Below are positions 25,260 through 38,360 of a DNA stretch of 64,000 nucleotides, piece after piece. A model generated the notes under the pieces. That model was not told the DNA's origin. It did not search any database and was given only the letters and a program-made list of their open reading frames with translations. Origin of the DNA: Mobula hypostoma (Eukaryota); the NCBI RefSeq assembly GCF_963921235.1, contig NC_086097.1, positions 115,446,001 through 115,510,000 on the forward strand. Direction: 5' to 3'. The translations under genes were made by a program, and so were the position numbers. Each line of letters opens with the position of its first letter. Within the stretch, counting starts at the first letter, position 1.

Positions 25260-26190
25260 CCTTCAAAGTTCGAAGTAAATTTATTGTCAAAGTACACGTA
25301 TGTCACTGTTTACAACCCTGAGATTAATTTTCTTGTGGGCATACTCAATAAATCCATAATAGACTAATGATATTGAGCATAGAATAGTATAGTGCAGGAA
25401 CAGGTCCTTCAACTCACAATGTTGTGCTGAACCAGCTAAAAAGTAAATCAAAGTCCCCCCAAATGCTAATCCCTCCTACCCACATAATGTCCATTTCCCC
25501 CATCTTCCTCATACCAGCATCAATATAACCGTAACAGGATCAATGAAGGACCATTTGGGCATTCAACCAGTGTACAAAATATCAGCCTCTGGATCACCCA
25601 TGCTATTTCAACCTGATTCAATGAGGTATCACCATCTGACATATCTTCCCCTCCTTTCCCCTTTCAGTATGAGAGGGATGCTGAAATCCCTATTTCGTTG
25701 ACATCTCCTGCTCCACACTTGAATGTCCACTTGTTTTGTAACCACAGAACATACACCTGTCCTTTTAGCTCCTCCTTTTTCCCTATCCAGTAACCAAAAC
25801 AACCCCTTCAAGTAAAACTGTGATTCAACTATGCTTTGTGTTTGGTTTTCACATTATCGTATCCACTTTTCCCTACACCAGAGCTAGATAATATCAATGA
25901 ATATAGAATTAGGGTACGGGAGAAGATATTTTGAAGGCATGTGAAGAGGATCTTCTTTATTCGGAGTTTGTTAAACACCTGGAGTTCACTTCTTGGCGGA
26001 ATGGTTGAAGCTGGGTTTGTGATAGCATTTAAAAAGTTTGTGGATGAGCACTTAAACTGCTAAGACTTAGAAGGGTATGAGTCAATGCTGGGAGATGAAC
26101 TAGTGTGAATGGATACCCGCAAGTCAGTGTGTATGAAGTAGGCCAAATGGCCAGCTTCCATTCTGTAAGTCTCTGTGACTCCATTGCTTG
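25260..26190. mobile_element. Cluster of small nested fragments: Rex1 tail (-), CR1 tail (-), PLE piece (+), CR1 3' end (+)
   Basis: TTCAAAGTTCGAAGTAAATTTATT (25262); CATAGAATAGTATAGTGCAGGAACAGGTCC (25378); CACATACACCTG-like and AAAACAACCCTTCAAGT PLE linker remnant; CR1 3' end at 25900-26185. Confidence 0.55.
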
Positions 26191-27029
26191 ATCAATACTA
26201 GTGCCAGAAGACATATTTGAATCCCAATAATCCCAGATATATTGTTGGTGCTGGATGTGATCAGGTTTGGTCACAATTGGAGAACATATGACATGTTGGT
26301 GCTGTAAAAAAATTATCAATCTGAAATAAAAACTACACAGAACTTTGTTCTAACATTTTTCTTGCATTGATCCTCATCCTTTTAAAGCTCTACTGTGCTT
26401 GTAATGGGTTACTGCAAACTTGCTATTAAGTTGGTGTCAGTGCACCTAACTCCTGATTTTGAAACATGTGTTCTTACAAAACACCCTCAGACAATGCAGT
26501 ATAGCCCAATCCACAAGCATGAAGGAGATATTGCAGTGATTCTTGATTCAGAGTAGTATAGTCCACCATCAGTAAAGGGATTTTCAAACTTAAAAACCTA
26601 AATAAAAATTATAGTTGTTGCTTGATAGTTACATTGCCATGCAAAAGAAGACTGTATCTATAGAATACTGGAACAAATAACAATCAGCTGCTGCTGAACA
26701 AACTTAGCCTAGCACTTCTATGGAGTGCCTACAAAGTAATTCATGGCCAAAATTTCTGTTATCCATACTGAACTGTAAACCAACGTAAAAGAAGAGGACA
26801 TTTTTCCAGAGCCTGGACTAACAGTTCCAAACCACCTCGCCCCACCCCTGCACCCAAAACACCTCCAAAACCAAATTACAACAATATTTCAGTTAGATGG
26901 CAGCACGTTTGGTTGCAACAGATTCTATTGGGTCAACAAAAGGAGCTACTATCCTACTTAAATCGCAAGGTCCTGCTGAATATTAATATTAAGAACTTAA
27001 AGCACCTTATCAGCGAGTTGCTCACTGGC

Positions 27030-28060
27030 AGGCAAAATGAAGGAGCTGTGTATCATGCTGCTAACTGAGTCGATGGAGATGTACATTTTAACGGTGAGTG
27101 ACCATCTTGCTCACTTTTCTTGTGATCACAAGACCCTTTTGGACATTGTTAATGTGGAATACCACAAGTTTGATTTACTGATTCATTGGTGGAGAGCAGG
27201 GACCAAAGGCTGGGAAACTGCGAGACCCCAGTCATAGTGAGACTAGGCCTTAATCCATGGTGTTGCCTGTCTCAGACTACTAGGAGAAAGGCATTGTCGT
27301 CAGCGCGCTCCACCAGGGGCGGTATGGCAAGGCGTCCAGGCTGGATCCCCCTCTCCAGTGTTTGCTTGGTGGAAGACAAGCTATATTGAAGGCTACTGCA
27401 GATTTTGGGAGCTTTCAGATGGACTCAGGGCCTTGAACCACAGTGATGCCTGGTTATAGCCACTGGGAGAGAGAGGCAATGAAGCTGGAGTGTTGCACTG
27501 GGGTGACATGGAATAGCATCTGGGCTGGAGTTGGTACTGCACCTCCCCTCCCCACCCTGCCAGTGTCCGGTTGGCAGAACACAGTCCAGACTCAGAGCCT
27601 GGACTATATACATATATATTTTACATGATTGTATTCTACTGCTATCCCATATTGCCTGTTATCTTGTATGTGCGAGCATTGGGCCTCAAGCCATGGTGTC
27701 CCTGTTTACAGCTGCAGTGAGAGAGGCATTGGAAGTGTTGTGTTTCACCGGGAGTGGTGTCCAGGCTGAAGTTAGCCCGGCCTCCCCGCACCTCCCCCGC
27801 CCATGCTCATTCAGCAAAAGACAAGCTCTGTTCTGGTCCTCTGCAGATTTCAGCAGCATTGAATGGATGAGTTTGGTCTATTTTACCATTTTGCTGTGTC
27901 TTTCTATCTTATATCTGCTATGTGTACTTTGTGCTGTGTGTGACTGTTGGTACTGTGCTTTGAACTTTGACCTCGGAGTAATGCTGTCTCAATTGGCTGT
28001 ATTTTGTGAGTATTTATGTATGGCTGAATGACAATTAAACCTAAATAAATTGAATTGAAT
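27030..28060 (+). mobile_element. Non-autonomous element(s) with Rex1/Babar-like tail
   Basis: Non-coding GC-richer body ends TGTATGGCTGAATGACAATTAAACCTAAATAAATTGAATTGAAT. Confidence 0.5.
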
Positions 28061-28095
28061 TTTTTTGCATCTGCTTGAATACTTTGTCATGGATG

Positions 28096-28295
28096 ACACA
28101 CGCAAAGCACTTGAGGAACACAACAGGTCAGGCAGCATCTATGGAGAGGAATAAGCAGTTGACATTTGGGGCCAAAATCCTTCATCAGAAATATTTGTTC
28201 CTCTCCATAGATGCTGCACTGACCTGCTGAGTGTCTCCAGCACTTTATGCATGTTCCTCTAGAATTCCAGCATCTGCAGAATGCCTTGTGTTTGT
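28096..28295. mobile_element. PLE-derived fold-back mini-element
   Basis: Arms CAGGTCAGGCAGCATCTATGGAGAGGAATAA and TTTGTTCCTCTCCATAGATGCTGCACTGACCTG flank an antisense hammerhead remnant at 28157-28189. Confidence 0.8.
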
Positions 28296-28524
28296 GGCTG
28301 TGGGTAACTCAGCTGCTGCCCAACCCACTGATTGCTTGTCAAAAAGTGATAATTTGTAAAGGGTACATCCCTAAGAAATGCAGTGCTAATATCCAGTGGA
28401 GTGATCTACATAAAGATCATTGACAAATTGACAAAATATCTGTCAGATGCTTCTTGTTTTTGATTTACGTGCAGACAAGTTACCAAATTGTGCAGTGTGA
28501 TCTCGTCCTGCTGGGAAAATAAAA

Positions 28525-29070
28525 TGGCCGATGAAGATTAATGCAGACAAGTGTGTATTGTTTAGTTTGGGAGGACAAACCAGGGTAGGACTTACACACT
28601 AAATGGTAGGGCACTTAGGTGTGTGGTGGAACAAAAGGATCTAGAAATATAGATCTATAATTCCTTGAAAATGGGATCACAGGTGGGATCATAAAAATCT
28701 GTTTTTTGGCACTTTGGCCTTCATAATTCAGAGTATTGAGTACAGGAGCTGTGATGTTATGTTGTTGAAGGTCTATAAGACATTGGCGGGGCTGAATGCA
28801 GGGTATTGTGTGACCAGAACTGCCCCTCCCCCACCCTTCTACCTTCTTCCTCTCATTTGGATTCACCTATCTGCTGCCAGCTCCAGCTCCTACCCCTCCT
28901 GCTACTCTTTTCTTCTGGCTTCTGCCATCCTCCTTTCAAGACCTGTTGAAGGGCCTCGGCTCAAAACATTGATTGTTCAATTCCCTCCATAGATGCTGCC
29001 TGGCCTCCTGAATTCCTCCAGCACTTTGTGAATGTTGATCCGGGTTCCCAGCTTCTGCAGACTCTCTTGC
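28525..29070 (+). mobile_element. CR1 RT fragment joined to a PLE pLTR fragment
   Basis: LAFIIQSIEYRSCDVMLLKVYKTL (CR1), then a pLTR with ACCTGTTGAAGGGCCTCGGCTCAAAACATTGA and CCATAGATGCTGCCTGG. Confidence 0.75.
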
Positions 29071-30024
29071 GGTGTGGGGATGTCTACCAGGGCCTTAAAG
29101 AACTTCAGAGCATCTGCGGAAAAAGTAGCCACAGAGGTGAGGTAAAATACAAGGGATGTGTTTCTTGGCTAACCTCATCTCCAATCCCATCCTGTGATGA
29201 GCAACACTCATAGAGGCTTGTGCATGATTGATTGGTCTTATAGAGCAAAGGGATGCATGGGTCACCCCAAGTTATCTAGTACCCAACAACTGTTTTAGAA
29301 AGATGCCAAATATGAAAAACCAGGGCTTTAAAGCAGTGGAGATTCATTACGTAGTACCTTGCCAACTTGCTGCAGGTTTTGACCCTTGATATCATATGAA
29401 TTATATATTCAGGTTATAAATTGCAGCCATAATATTCAACTGTTTTTCATTGGGTCAATATAGAAGTGTTTCTTGCACACAGGATAATGATATTATGCGC
29501 ACAACTAATGTCATTTGTACTGAGGGGAATTGTGCTCGGTAGTGCCTGGGCAATTTCTGATGGTCTCTAATTGGAAAATGAGAGCAGGCATGGTTCAATG
29601 GTTGTTAAATAGTCTTTAAGCAGAAATTGCACACGTTTATGGAAACTTAATCTACACACTTCTAGATGTGAAGTATTTTAGTTCAGTTTGAATTTATCCA
29701 TTACTGGTCCTATACCAAGTGGCGTCATACAGTATTTATGCTGTTCCGGTTTCTTTTGCCAATGGTAACCTGGGCTTCCAGAAAAAATATTATGATACTT
29801 TGTTGTTACCTTATTAAAGTATCAAGGAATACATTGTGCAGTGAAGTTAGATGGTACTTAAAAGTGCTGCACTGCATGTAAGGTTTCCCAGTTTTTTCAG
29901 TGGTTGGCATAATGTTACATTCTTCCCTGCATACCCTTTCACTAATCCCAGCCTGTGTTATTTTTACTATTAATTGTGGTCTGCATACAGTGACTGCTGG
30001 CCCATCCCTCAGCCCACTAGTTTT

Positions 30025-30750
30025 GAAATCAGGATCATGTTCAATATCACTGACATCTGTCATGAAAATTGTTGTTTTGCTCCAGCAGGACAGTGCAGTA
30101 CATGTAAAGAAAGATTACTGTAAGTCACCATAAGAAATATTTTTAAAGATTAATAAGTAGTGCAAAAAGAGAGCAATAGAACAAGGTAGTGCTTATGGTT
30201 TCACGGACCATTAGGAAATCCGATGGCAGAGAGGAAGAAGCTGCTTCTAAAACATAGAGTGTTTGTCTTCAGAACTTCTCCCTGATGTTGGTAATGAGAA
30301 GAGAGCATGTTGTGGGTGGCAGGGGTTATAATGATGGATGCTGCCTTTTTAGGTATTGTCTTTTGACAATATCCTTGATAATGGGAGGCTAGTGCCCATG
30401 ATGGATTGGCTCATTTGCAACCAGCTGCAGCTTTTGCCAATCTTCTGTTTGGCATCTCCATAACAGCCAGTGATGCAGCCAGTTAGAATGCTCTCCATGG
30501 TACATCTGCAGAAATTTAATGACATACCAAATCTTTTCAAACTGCCAATGAAATATAGCCTCTGGCGTGCCTTTCTCGTGGTTACATCAGCATGTTGAAC
30601 CCAGAGTAGATCATCAAAGATGTCAACACCCAAGAACTTTATATTGTTGTTTCTCTTGCATGTTGCACCCAGACCAACACATCACAGCAAATTCCTAAAA
30701 CATGTAAATGTACAGGGCATTGAAGTTGATTCCTAATCCTTGATACTTGT
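30025..30750 (-). mobile_element. Rex1/Babar LINE 3' fragments
   Basis: ORF 30349-30633 reads GVDIFDDLLW..TRKARQRLYFIGSLKRFGMS..CTMESILTGCIT. Confidence 0.8.
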
Positions 30751-32077
30751 GCAAAATGCCACAGCGATATATTCATGTCACTTATGATATATTTTTCAGG
30801 AGTAGGGCATGGTGTTCAGTGTTATATAGATTTGACTGTAATCCCTATACAATAGTTCTTTCTTCTTTTACATAGTGCCACTGATCAAAACACTCATACT
30901 TTCTGTCTCATCAAGTCATGCAGTACAAAATCATGCTGCTTCCTCCACTGAGTCTGCACCTGCTGTCAAGAACCTATTCACACTAATTTCAGATTTTTAT
31001 TCCCCCACTTTCAGAAATTAACTCTCACAAAATTATCCCCCAATAATATGAGTTCAATCAGCATTACTAATGGGTCATAGCATTTTAACAAAAGGTACTC
31101 AGTTACATCATAGGTGAATTTCCACATGAATGGATCAAGTGCAGAGCATAGCTTGATACATCCAAGGCTAATTGTTTTAGATAATGGCTTCCATCCTGCT
31201 AATACAGAACCAAACTAGAAGTTGCCCCCCTGAATAATTCATGCCAAACAATGACTCTGTTGGGTCCAAACACAGGAATGCTTTGAACTTGAATAATGCT
31301 GAGGCAGATCTCTAAAGCACACATATATTTTCAGCAGGGCATATTCTGCTCTTTTCATCAAAACAGGTGTTCACCTAATGCTTCGGAAGTGTATCATTGT
31401 GGTGGTACCAGTTTTGGTTTAGTTGTTGTTGTGGAGGATGCAGCAAGGTAAGGGTTAATATAATGTCCAGGTAAGGACGGTTTGCAGATATTGTGCAGTC
31501 AGCCCAGGTAAGAAAGGTCTTTGAAGAACACAGCTTCTCTTTGCACAGCAAGGTGCCAGAAACATTTGGCATACCGAAGCAAGATGAGGATGTCATTGAA
31601 GAATGCAAGCCACGCACACCAACTAAATGGAAGTTACTTTACTAATTTCAAAGTATCATCGGTGGTGAGCTTGTAGTTTCTATTCACTTTTAACTCTTAT
31701 TTTGTGAATGGTAATTGATCTTGCAAGTAAGGAATCTGAACATACACAAGGATACCAATTGGACAATATCCATAACTGCTAGTCAATTCTGTATAAGAAT
31801 GGCATTCCTCTGTTCAAACTGCAGAGCAGTGTGGTGACAGGAGCCATGTTGCACTCTTTGTACACAAGTAAATCAAATGTGCTTGAGGAAGGAGTGTGAG
31901 TTTTCAAAGTCCCATTAATTTGTAGCAACAGTGCTAATCTTTCCTCCTTTTTAGTTCAAATCTTAACGCAGAAACATGAGGTCAAAAGCCTAGCCTGACA
32001 CTTCATTGTGGTATTGAGGGAAAGTTGCATACCTTGAAATGACGCTTTGCAGATAGGATTTTAAGCTAAGGTCATGA

Positions 32078-32312
32078 ATTAGCATAGCAGTTAGCACAAA
32101 ACTATTACAGCTCAGGGCATTGGAGTTTGGAGTTCAATCCTGGTGTCCCTTCTAAGGAGTCTTTGTACGTCCTCGTCATAGAATGCTTGAGTTTCCTCCC
32201 ACAATCCAAGGATGTACCGAGTAGGTGAGGTGGTCAGTGTAAGTTGTCCTGTGATTAGGGTAAGGTTAAAGCTTGGTTGCTGGGGTAGCTCAGCTCGATG
32301 GGCTAGATGGGC
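32078..32312 (+). mobile_element. tRNA-derived V-SINE-like element
   Basis: TAGCATAGCAGTTAGCA (A-box-like), GGAGTTCAATCC (B-box) and GAGTTTCCTCCCACAATCCAAGGATGTACC (V domain). Confidence 0.75.
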
Positions 32313-32314
32313 TA

Positions 32315-33975
32315 GAAGTTGCCATGAAGGTGCTTAAGAATGAAATCAGGAGAGCCAGAAAGGGCCATGAAAAGGCTTTGGTGAGCGGGATTAAGAAAAA
32401 CTCCAAGGCATTCTATAAGTATGTGAAGAGCAAGAGGATGACCCATGTGAGAATAGGACCCATCAGGTGTGACAGTGGAAATGTGCACAGTTAAAGGAGG
32501 TACTTAATGAATACTTTACTTCAGAATTCAGTGGACTGAAATGCTTGAGCATATAGACATTAAGAAAGAAGATGTACTGGAGCTTTTGAAAGGCATTTCA
32601 TTAAGCTAAATAAGTCGCCAGATCTGGATGTGATATACCCCAAGCTAAAGTGAAAAGTGAGGGAGGAAATTGCTGCGCCTCTGGTGATGGTCTTTGCATC
32701 ATCAATAGGGACAGGAGAAGTACCAGGGGACTGGTGGGTTACAAATGTTGTTCACTTCTTCAATAAAGGGAATAGAGATAACCCAGGAAGTTATGGACCT
32801 GTGAGTCTTACTTCAGTGGTGGGCAAGTTGTTGGAGGAGATCTTGAGAAGCAGGATTTACGAGCATTTGGAGAGACATAATCTGATTAGGGATGGCAGGT
32901 CATGTCTTACAAGCCTGATTGAGTTCTTTGAAGATGTAACAAAACACATTGATGAAAGTAGAGCAGTGGGTGTAGTGTAAATGGATTTCAGTAAGGCATT
33001 TGACAAGGTTGTCCATGCAAGGCTCATTCAGAAAGTACGGAGGCATGGGATCCAAGGGGACCTTGCTATGTGGATCCAGAAATGGCTTACCCACAGATGG
33101 CAAAGGATGTTTGTAAATGGTTCGTATTCTGCATGGACGTCGATGACCAGTAGTGTTCTGCAGGGATCTATTCTGGGACCTCTCCTCTGTGATTTTTATA
33201 AATGACCTGGAAGAGGAAGTAGAAGGGTGGGTTAGTAAGTTTGCTGGTGACACAAAAGTTGGGGGTGTTGTGGACAGTCTGGAGTGTTGTCAAAGGTTAC
33301 AGCGGGACATCGATAGGATGCAGAACTGGGCTGAGAAGTGGCAGATGGAGTTCAACCCAGATAAATGTGAAGTGGTTCATTTACATAGGTCAAATTTGAA
33401 GACAGAGTATAACATTAATGGTAAGACTCTTGGCAATGTAGAGGATCAGAAAGATCCTGGGGTCCATGACCACAGGGCACTCAAAGCTGTTGCACAGGTT
33501 GACAGTGTTGTTAAGTAGGTGTATGGTGTGTTGGCCTTCATCAACCATGAGAATGAGTTCAGAGCCATGAAGTAATGTTACAGCTATATAGGACCTTAGT
33601 TCGACCCCACTTGGAGTACTGTGCTCAGTTCCGGTCACCTCACTACAGGAAGGATGTGGATACTATAGAGAAACTGTAGAAGAGATTTACAAGGATGTTG
33701 CCTGGATTGAAGAGTGTGCCTAATGAGAATAGGTTGAGTAAACTTAGCCTTTTCTCCTTGGAGTGATGGAGGATAAGAGGTGACCTGATGGAGGTATATA
33801 AGATGATGAGAGGCATTTCCCAGGGCTGAAATGGCAAACACAAGGGAAAATAGTTTTAAGGTGCCTGGAAGTACAGGGGGGGGGGGTGCCAGTGGTAGGA
33901 TTTTCACACAGACGGTGGTGGGTGTGTGGAATGCACTGTCAGTGACAATGGTATAGGCGGAGACAATAAGGCCCT
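32315..33975 (+). mobile_element. CR1 LINE ORF2 fragment, degenerate
   Basis: NPGSYGPVSLTSVVGKLLE, SCLTSLIEFFEDVT, MDFSKAFDKV, SKFAGDTKVGG and WQMEFNPDKCEVVH. Confidence 0.92.
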
Positions 33976-34489
33976 TGATGTTATCTCAAGCTGAAGAAGG
34001 AAGTTATCTTGAGCGTTCCGGTCAAGCAACATCACCAAAATAAAACAGATTTCTGTTACTTGTGGAACTTCTGTAAAATGTTTCTGATATTACAACAGTG
34101 GCCCTAATTCAATGCTTTGAGGCAACTGGACAGAGGTATACTAGATACTAGTCTGTTTTTTTAACTTATGACGGCTATTTAGGTTGCTCAGCATGCACAC
34201 GAAGTGATTTAATGGAAGTTTGAAAACTCATTTAACAATATATTAATAGGCCAATAACCAATTTGTTTAAAATTCTACTGCTAATCTTTCTGGTGTGGAT
34301 TGAAATGGGAGCTCCAGGCACATATCATACTGTGCTCAACAGAAGATTGCAATTTGAATGTGTGGTTGCTTGTAAATATTAAAATAGCTGTGGGTTGATC
34401 TAATGTACAGTCAATGATTTAGAGCTATTTCATATAAACATAGTGTAGCTTTAAAATATAGCTTGGCTTCTTCTCCCCCCTCTCCAAGA

Positions 34490-35053
34490 CCAGATGCAGT
34501 GTGTGATCAATTCAGTAGAGAAGATGGTGATCATTGGTTGTCAGCAACTGACATGAAGAGACCTGCTCATTGCCAGAAATGAGCTGGAAAAATCACTGCT
34601 GACTCCACTCACCCTAACAGTCACCTATCCACTAAATTGCCATCAGGGAGACACTACAGGTTCATCACCACCAGGATTGCACGTCATTTCTGAAGCATTT
34701 TTTCCTGTATCTATACAGTTTCACAACAAAACTCACTCAGGTGTAATACCCTAATTGTCCCTGCACAACATCTGTTAAATGTTCTTTCCTGCTCTCCTTG
34801 TTCTGTTGATAATTATTAACTCTGTGCATATATTCACCTTTATTTAAGTTTGATCATTGACATTTGAGCATGTGACTACTCTGCCAATTGTTGCTTGCTC
34901 ATGGCTGTTTGCCCTATTGTCTTGTAAATGATTGGTTTGCTGTTGTATTGTCTGTTATGGTATTGTCCTGCATTTGATGCTTGGCATCGAACCACTATCA
35001 ATTCAGGTATATTTCACAGACTGGCAATAAAGTGATTCTGATTCTGATTCTGA
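34490..35053 (+). mobile_element. Old Rex1/Babar-like 3' fragment with (GATTCT)n tail
   Basis: CACCACCAGG remnant and GGCAATAAAGTGATTCTGATTCTGATTCTGA terminus. Confidence 0.55.
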
Positions 35054-35234
35054 AAGCTGATATCTGACAGCTTCTTCAAAATGTGTCAGAATGACCGTTT
35101 AGTAACTACAAGTGTTTTTGTGATGTTGGTTCTGACTAATAGCTAATGAATGGTATCCCTGGGAAGGGGTGCAAAGTACCAAGAAAAGCATTGTCCTGAT
35201 GAAGGGCCTCAGCCCAAAACGTTGATTAATGGAA

Positions 35235-36865
35235 AATGACCAGGGCAAGGTGAGAGAGTGCCCGTGATTATGGGAGTAGGGGGGGGGGTGAGGGGCATCA
35301 GAGCGTTCTGACTGGGTGGTTGTATATACTGGGAGGTAGCAGGTAGTTTTAAGGTCTAACAGTCTTGGGGAGGAAGTGTTACACAACTTGACAGCTCAGG
35401 TTGCAACACCACCTGATGGCAGAAGGTCGAAGAGATTGTGGGAAGGATGGGAGGGATTCTCGACAATGCTGGGGGCACTGCGTATGCAGTGCTTCTGATA
35501 TATGTCCTGGATACAGAGGAGAGAGACCCCAATGATGTTTTTGGCAGTCCTCACTACTCATTGTGCTCTTATACATTGCAATTCCCATACCAGATGGAAA
35601 TACAGCTGGTTAACACACTCTTGATGGTGTTCTAGAAGGATGTGGTGAGAATTGGGGGTGAGGCTCGCTTGCCTTGGTCCCTCAGGAAGTGGAGGCACTG
35701 CTGTGCCCCCTCAACTGAAGGGGTAACCAGGTGAGATCATCAGTATTTGTGCACACCCAGAAACTTGGTGCTCCAGAATCTCTCCACGGAGGAGCCGCTG
35801 GTGTGCAGTAAGGAGTAGTGGACCTGCACATTTCTGAAGTCCATAATCATTTCTTTGATCTGGTCCATGTTGATACTCAGGTGTTGTGTTTACACCTGTC
35901 GGCAAACTGTTCTACCTACTCCCTGAATGCTGTTTCAACATTGTTGCTGATGAGGCCAACCACGTTCGTGTCGTCGGTGAGTTTAGTGATGTGGTTCAAA
36001 CTGGACATGGCAGTATAGTTGTGAATTAACAGCGGGAACTGCAGTGGGCTGAGCACGCAGTCCAGGGCGTGGGTGCTCTGTTTTTGAAGGCAGAGACATC
36101 GCTGCCAGTACGGACTGTCTGTGGTCTCTTTGTTAGGAAGTTGAAGATCCAGTTACAGAGGGAAGTGTTGAGACCCAACAAGGACAGTTACCCTGCCAGT
36201 TTCTGGGGAATGATGGTACTGAAATTAATGAACAGCATTCTGACAGAGGACACAGCACTGTCCAGGTGGGACAGGACTGTGCAAAGGGCAGAGGCTATGG
36301 CATCGTCGGTGGACCAGTTTGGGCAATATGCAAATTGGTAGTGGCCCAATGTAGTGGAAAGGGTAGATTAAATGCAGTTCACAGCAGTTCATGATTACTG
36401 AGGTCAGTGCTACAGGATCGGAAAGGGGGCAGAACTTCTTGGGCACTTGAATAATGGTGGTGGCCTCAAAGCCTGCACAGACAGTGGTCTGATCCAAGGA
36501 GATGTTGGAATTGTCAGTGAGAACATCTGCTAGCTGGGCTACACAGTCTCTGAGTACACAGACAGGTATGTTGTCAGGCCCTGTGGCTTTGTGTGAGTTG
36601 ACCTTGGCTAGGATCTTCCTCACATCAGCTGTGGCCAGACCGAGTGTCTGCTCCTTGGGGGAATGGTGGGGGGGGGGTGGTCTTTTTTTGCTGGCACATC
36701 AATTAGTGCATCAAAATGTGCATAGAAGACATTCAGCTTGTCAGGAAGAAAGGCGTTGCTATCATTGACGCGCAGGAAGGTCTTATAGTCTGTTACGGCC
36801 TGAATGATCTGCCTCATGTACCACGTGTCCCTGGTGCCAGAGAAGTGACTGTAGATTGATTTTTG
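35235..36865 (-). mobile_element. Rex1/Babar LINE RT fragment, degenerate
   Basis: LPDKLNVFYAHFD; KVNSHKATGPDNIP..LRDCVAQLADVLTD; PVALTSVIMNC; DDTNVVGLISNN. Confidence 0.88.
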
Positions 36866-37818
36866 TGTAACAGTGACAGTTTTGCCTGTCACTGTGTTTG
36901 GATATGGCCCAACTGCGGAGTGAGAGACACTGAAACGGGTCGATAGTTCACAGGCTTTAGTGCGAGCAGAGTTAGAGGGAAAAGAAAACAATAAACACTC
37001 GGCCAAACAGGGCTGTTAACTGAAAATCTCAAATGAAAAATTAAGCCAACACTGCAGCTGAGAGGAATAACTGAATATAAAATGAATACCACGGGTCTTC
37101 AGAGTCAGTTGACTCGACAGTCCAATTTCTCAGGTAAGCGAGCAGTGAAACGTTGCTGTGCTTTGCTCAAGTCTCAACAAGTGCTATGATGAAAAGAATG
37201 GAGTTAAATATTATCACAATGAAATAATAATTAGCTGACACATGCATATTCACGAGCACAATTACCGTATCTGCTGCGCTGCCAAACCCGTGGCTGTGAC
37301 ATTGCCTTTCTGAACGTGCCGGAAAGCATAGATCTTATTGATCTGAGAGCTACTGTACCTTATGCTCTGACATGAAGCTCCATTCTTCTTTCAGAAGTGC
37401 TGGATCTCTGCTGTCAACCATAGCTTCTGATTGACCCTAATGGGGACGGATTTAATGATGGTGACATCCTTGATGCATTTCACCTTGCAACTGTTCACAG
37501 AATATGTGTATTTATTGATGTTGATATGATGACCATAATATCCACACTCACAATGCACTGGAGGAACTCAGCAGGTCAGTCAGCATCAGTTGAAAAGATT
37601 ACTCGACGTTTTGGGCCGAAACCCTTCATCAGGACTGAAGGAAGAACTTTGGGGAGGGTTTGAAGAATGCTGGTAGTTGAAAAAAGCAGTAATTTGAAAG
37701 ACAAAGGGGTGGGGGAGGGGAAGCAGGGAGGTGATTGGCAGGAGAACAATAGTAGAAGGAGGCGGAACTATGAGCGAGGTGACGTGAAATAGGGATTGAG
37801 GAAGGGAGGGGGAGGGAA

Positions 37819-38360
37819 TTACCGGAAATTGGAGAATTCTATGTTCATACCAAGGGGCTGGAGACTACCTAGACGGTATATGAGGTGTTGCTCCTTCAAC
37901 CTGAGTTTAGCCTCATCATGGCAGTAGAGGAGGCCATGTATGGACATATCTGAATAGGAATGGGAAGTAGAGTTGAAGTGGGTGGCAACCGGGAGATCCT
38001 GTCTGTTGTGGCGGACGGAGCGGAGGTGCTCGTCGAAGCGGTCCCCCAATCTGCGTTGGGTTTCACCGATGTAGAGGAGGCCACACCGGGAGCACCGGAT
38101 GCAATAGATGACCCCAACAGATTCGCAAGTGAAGTGTTGCCTCACCTGGAAAGACTGTTTGGGGCCCTGAATGGTGGCAAGAGAGGAGGTGTAGGGACAG
38201 GTGCAGCACTTACGCTTACAGGGATAAGTGCCGGGTGGGAGATCCGTGGGGATGGACGTGCGGATAAGTGAATCGCAGAAGGACCGATCCCTGCGGAAAG
38301 CGGAGAGGGGTGGAGAGGGAAAGATGTGCTTAGTTGTGGGGTCCTATTGAAGGTGGCGGA
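37819..38360 (-). pseudogene. Inverted duplicate of the PLE linker and GIY-YIG endonuclease
   Basis: ORF 37819-38145 is nearly identical to the C-terminal ~108 aa of ORF 40253-41602. Confidence 0.93.

Larger units (their letters stand above)
31945..34162 (+). mobile_element. DeuSINE (SacSINE1/AmnSINE1-like) split by V-SINE and CR1 insertions
   Basis: The 5' part (31945-32073, GTTCAAATC...CTAGCCTGACACTTCATTGTGGTATTGAGGGA...TTTGCAGATAGGATTTTAAGCTAAGG) and 3' part (about 33975-34162, GCAACATCACCAAAATAAAACAGATT...ATTACAACAGTG) resemble the Deu-domain consensus as I recall it. Confidence 0.6.

Noticed and set aside
31375..31645. Short ORFs on both strands as a host coding exon
   Set aside because: There is no recognisable homology and the lengths are within chance expectation; only the splice-motif cluster is kept as a finding.
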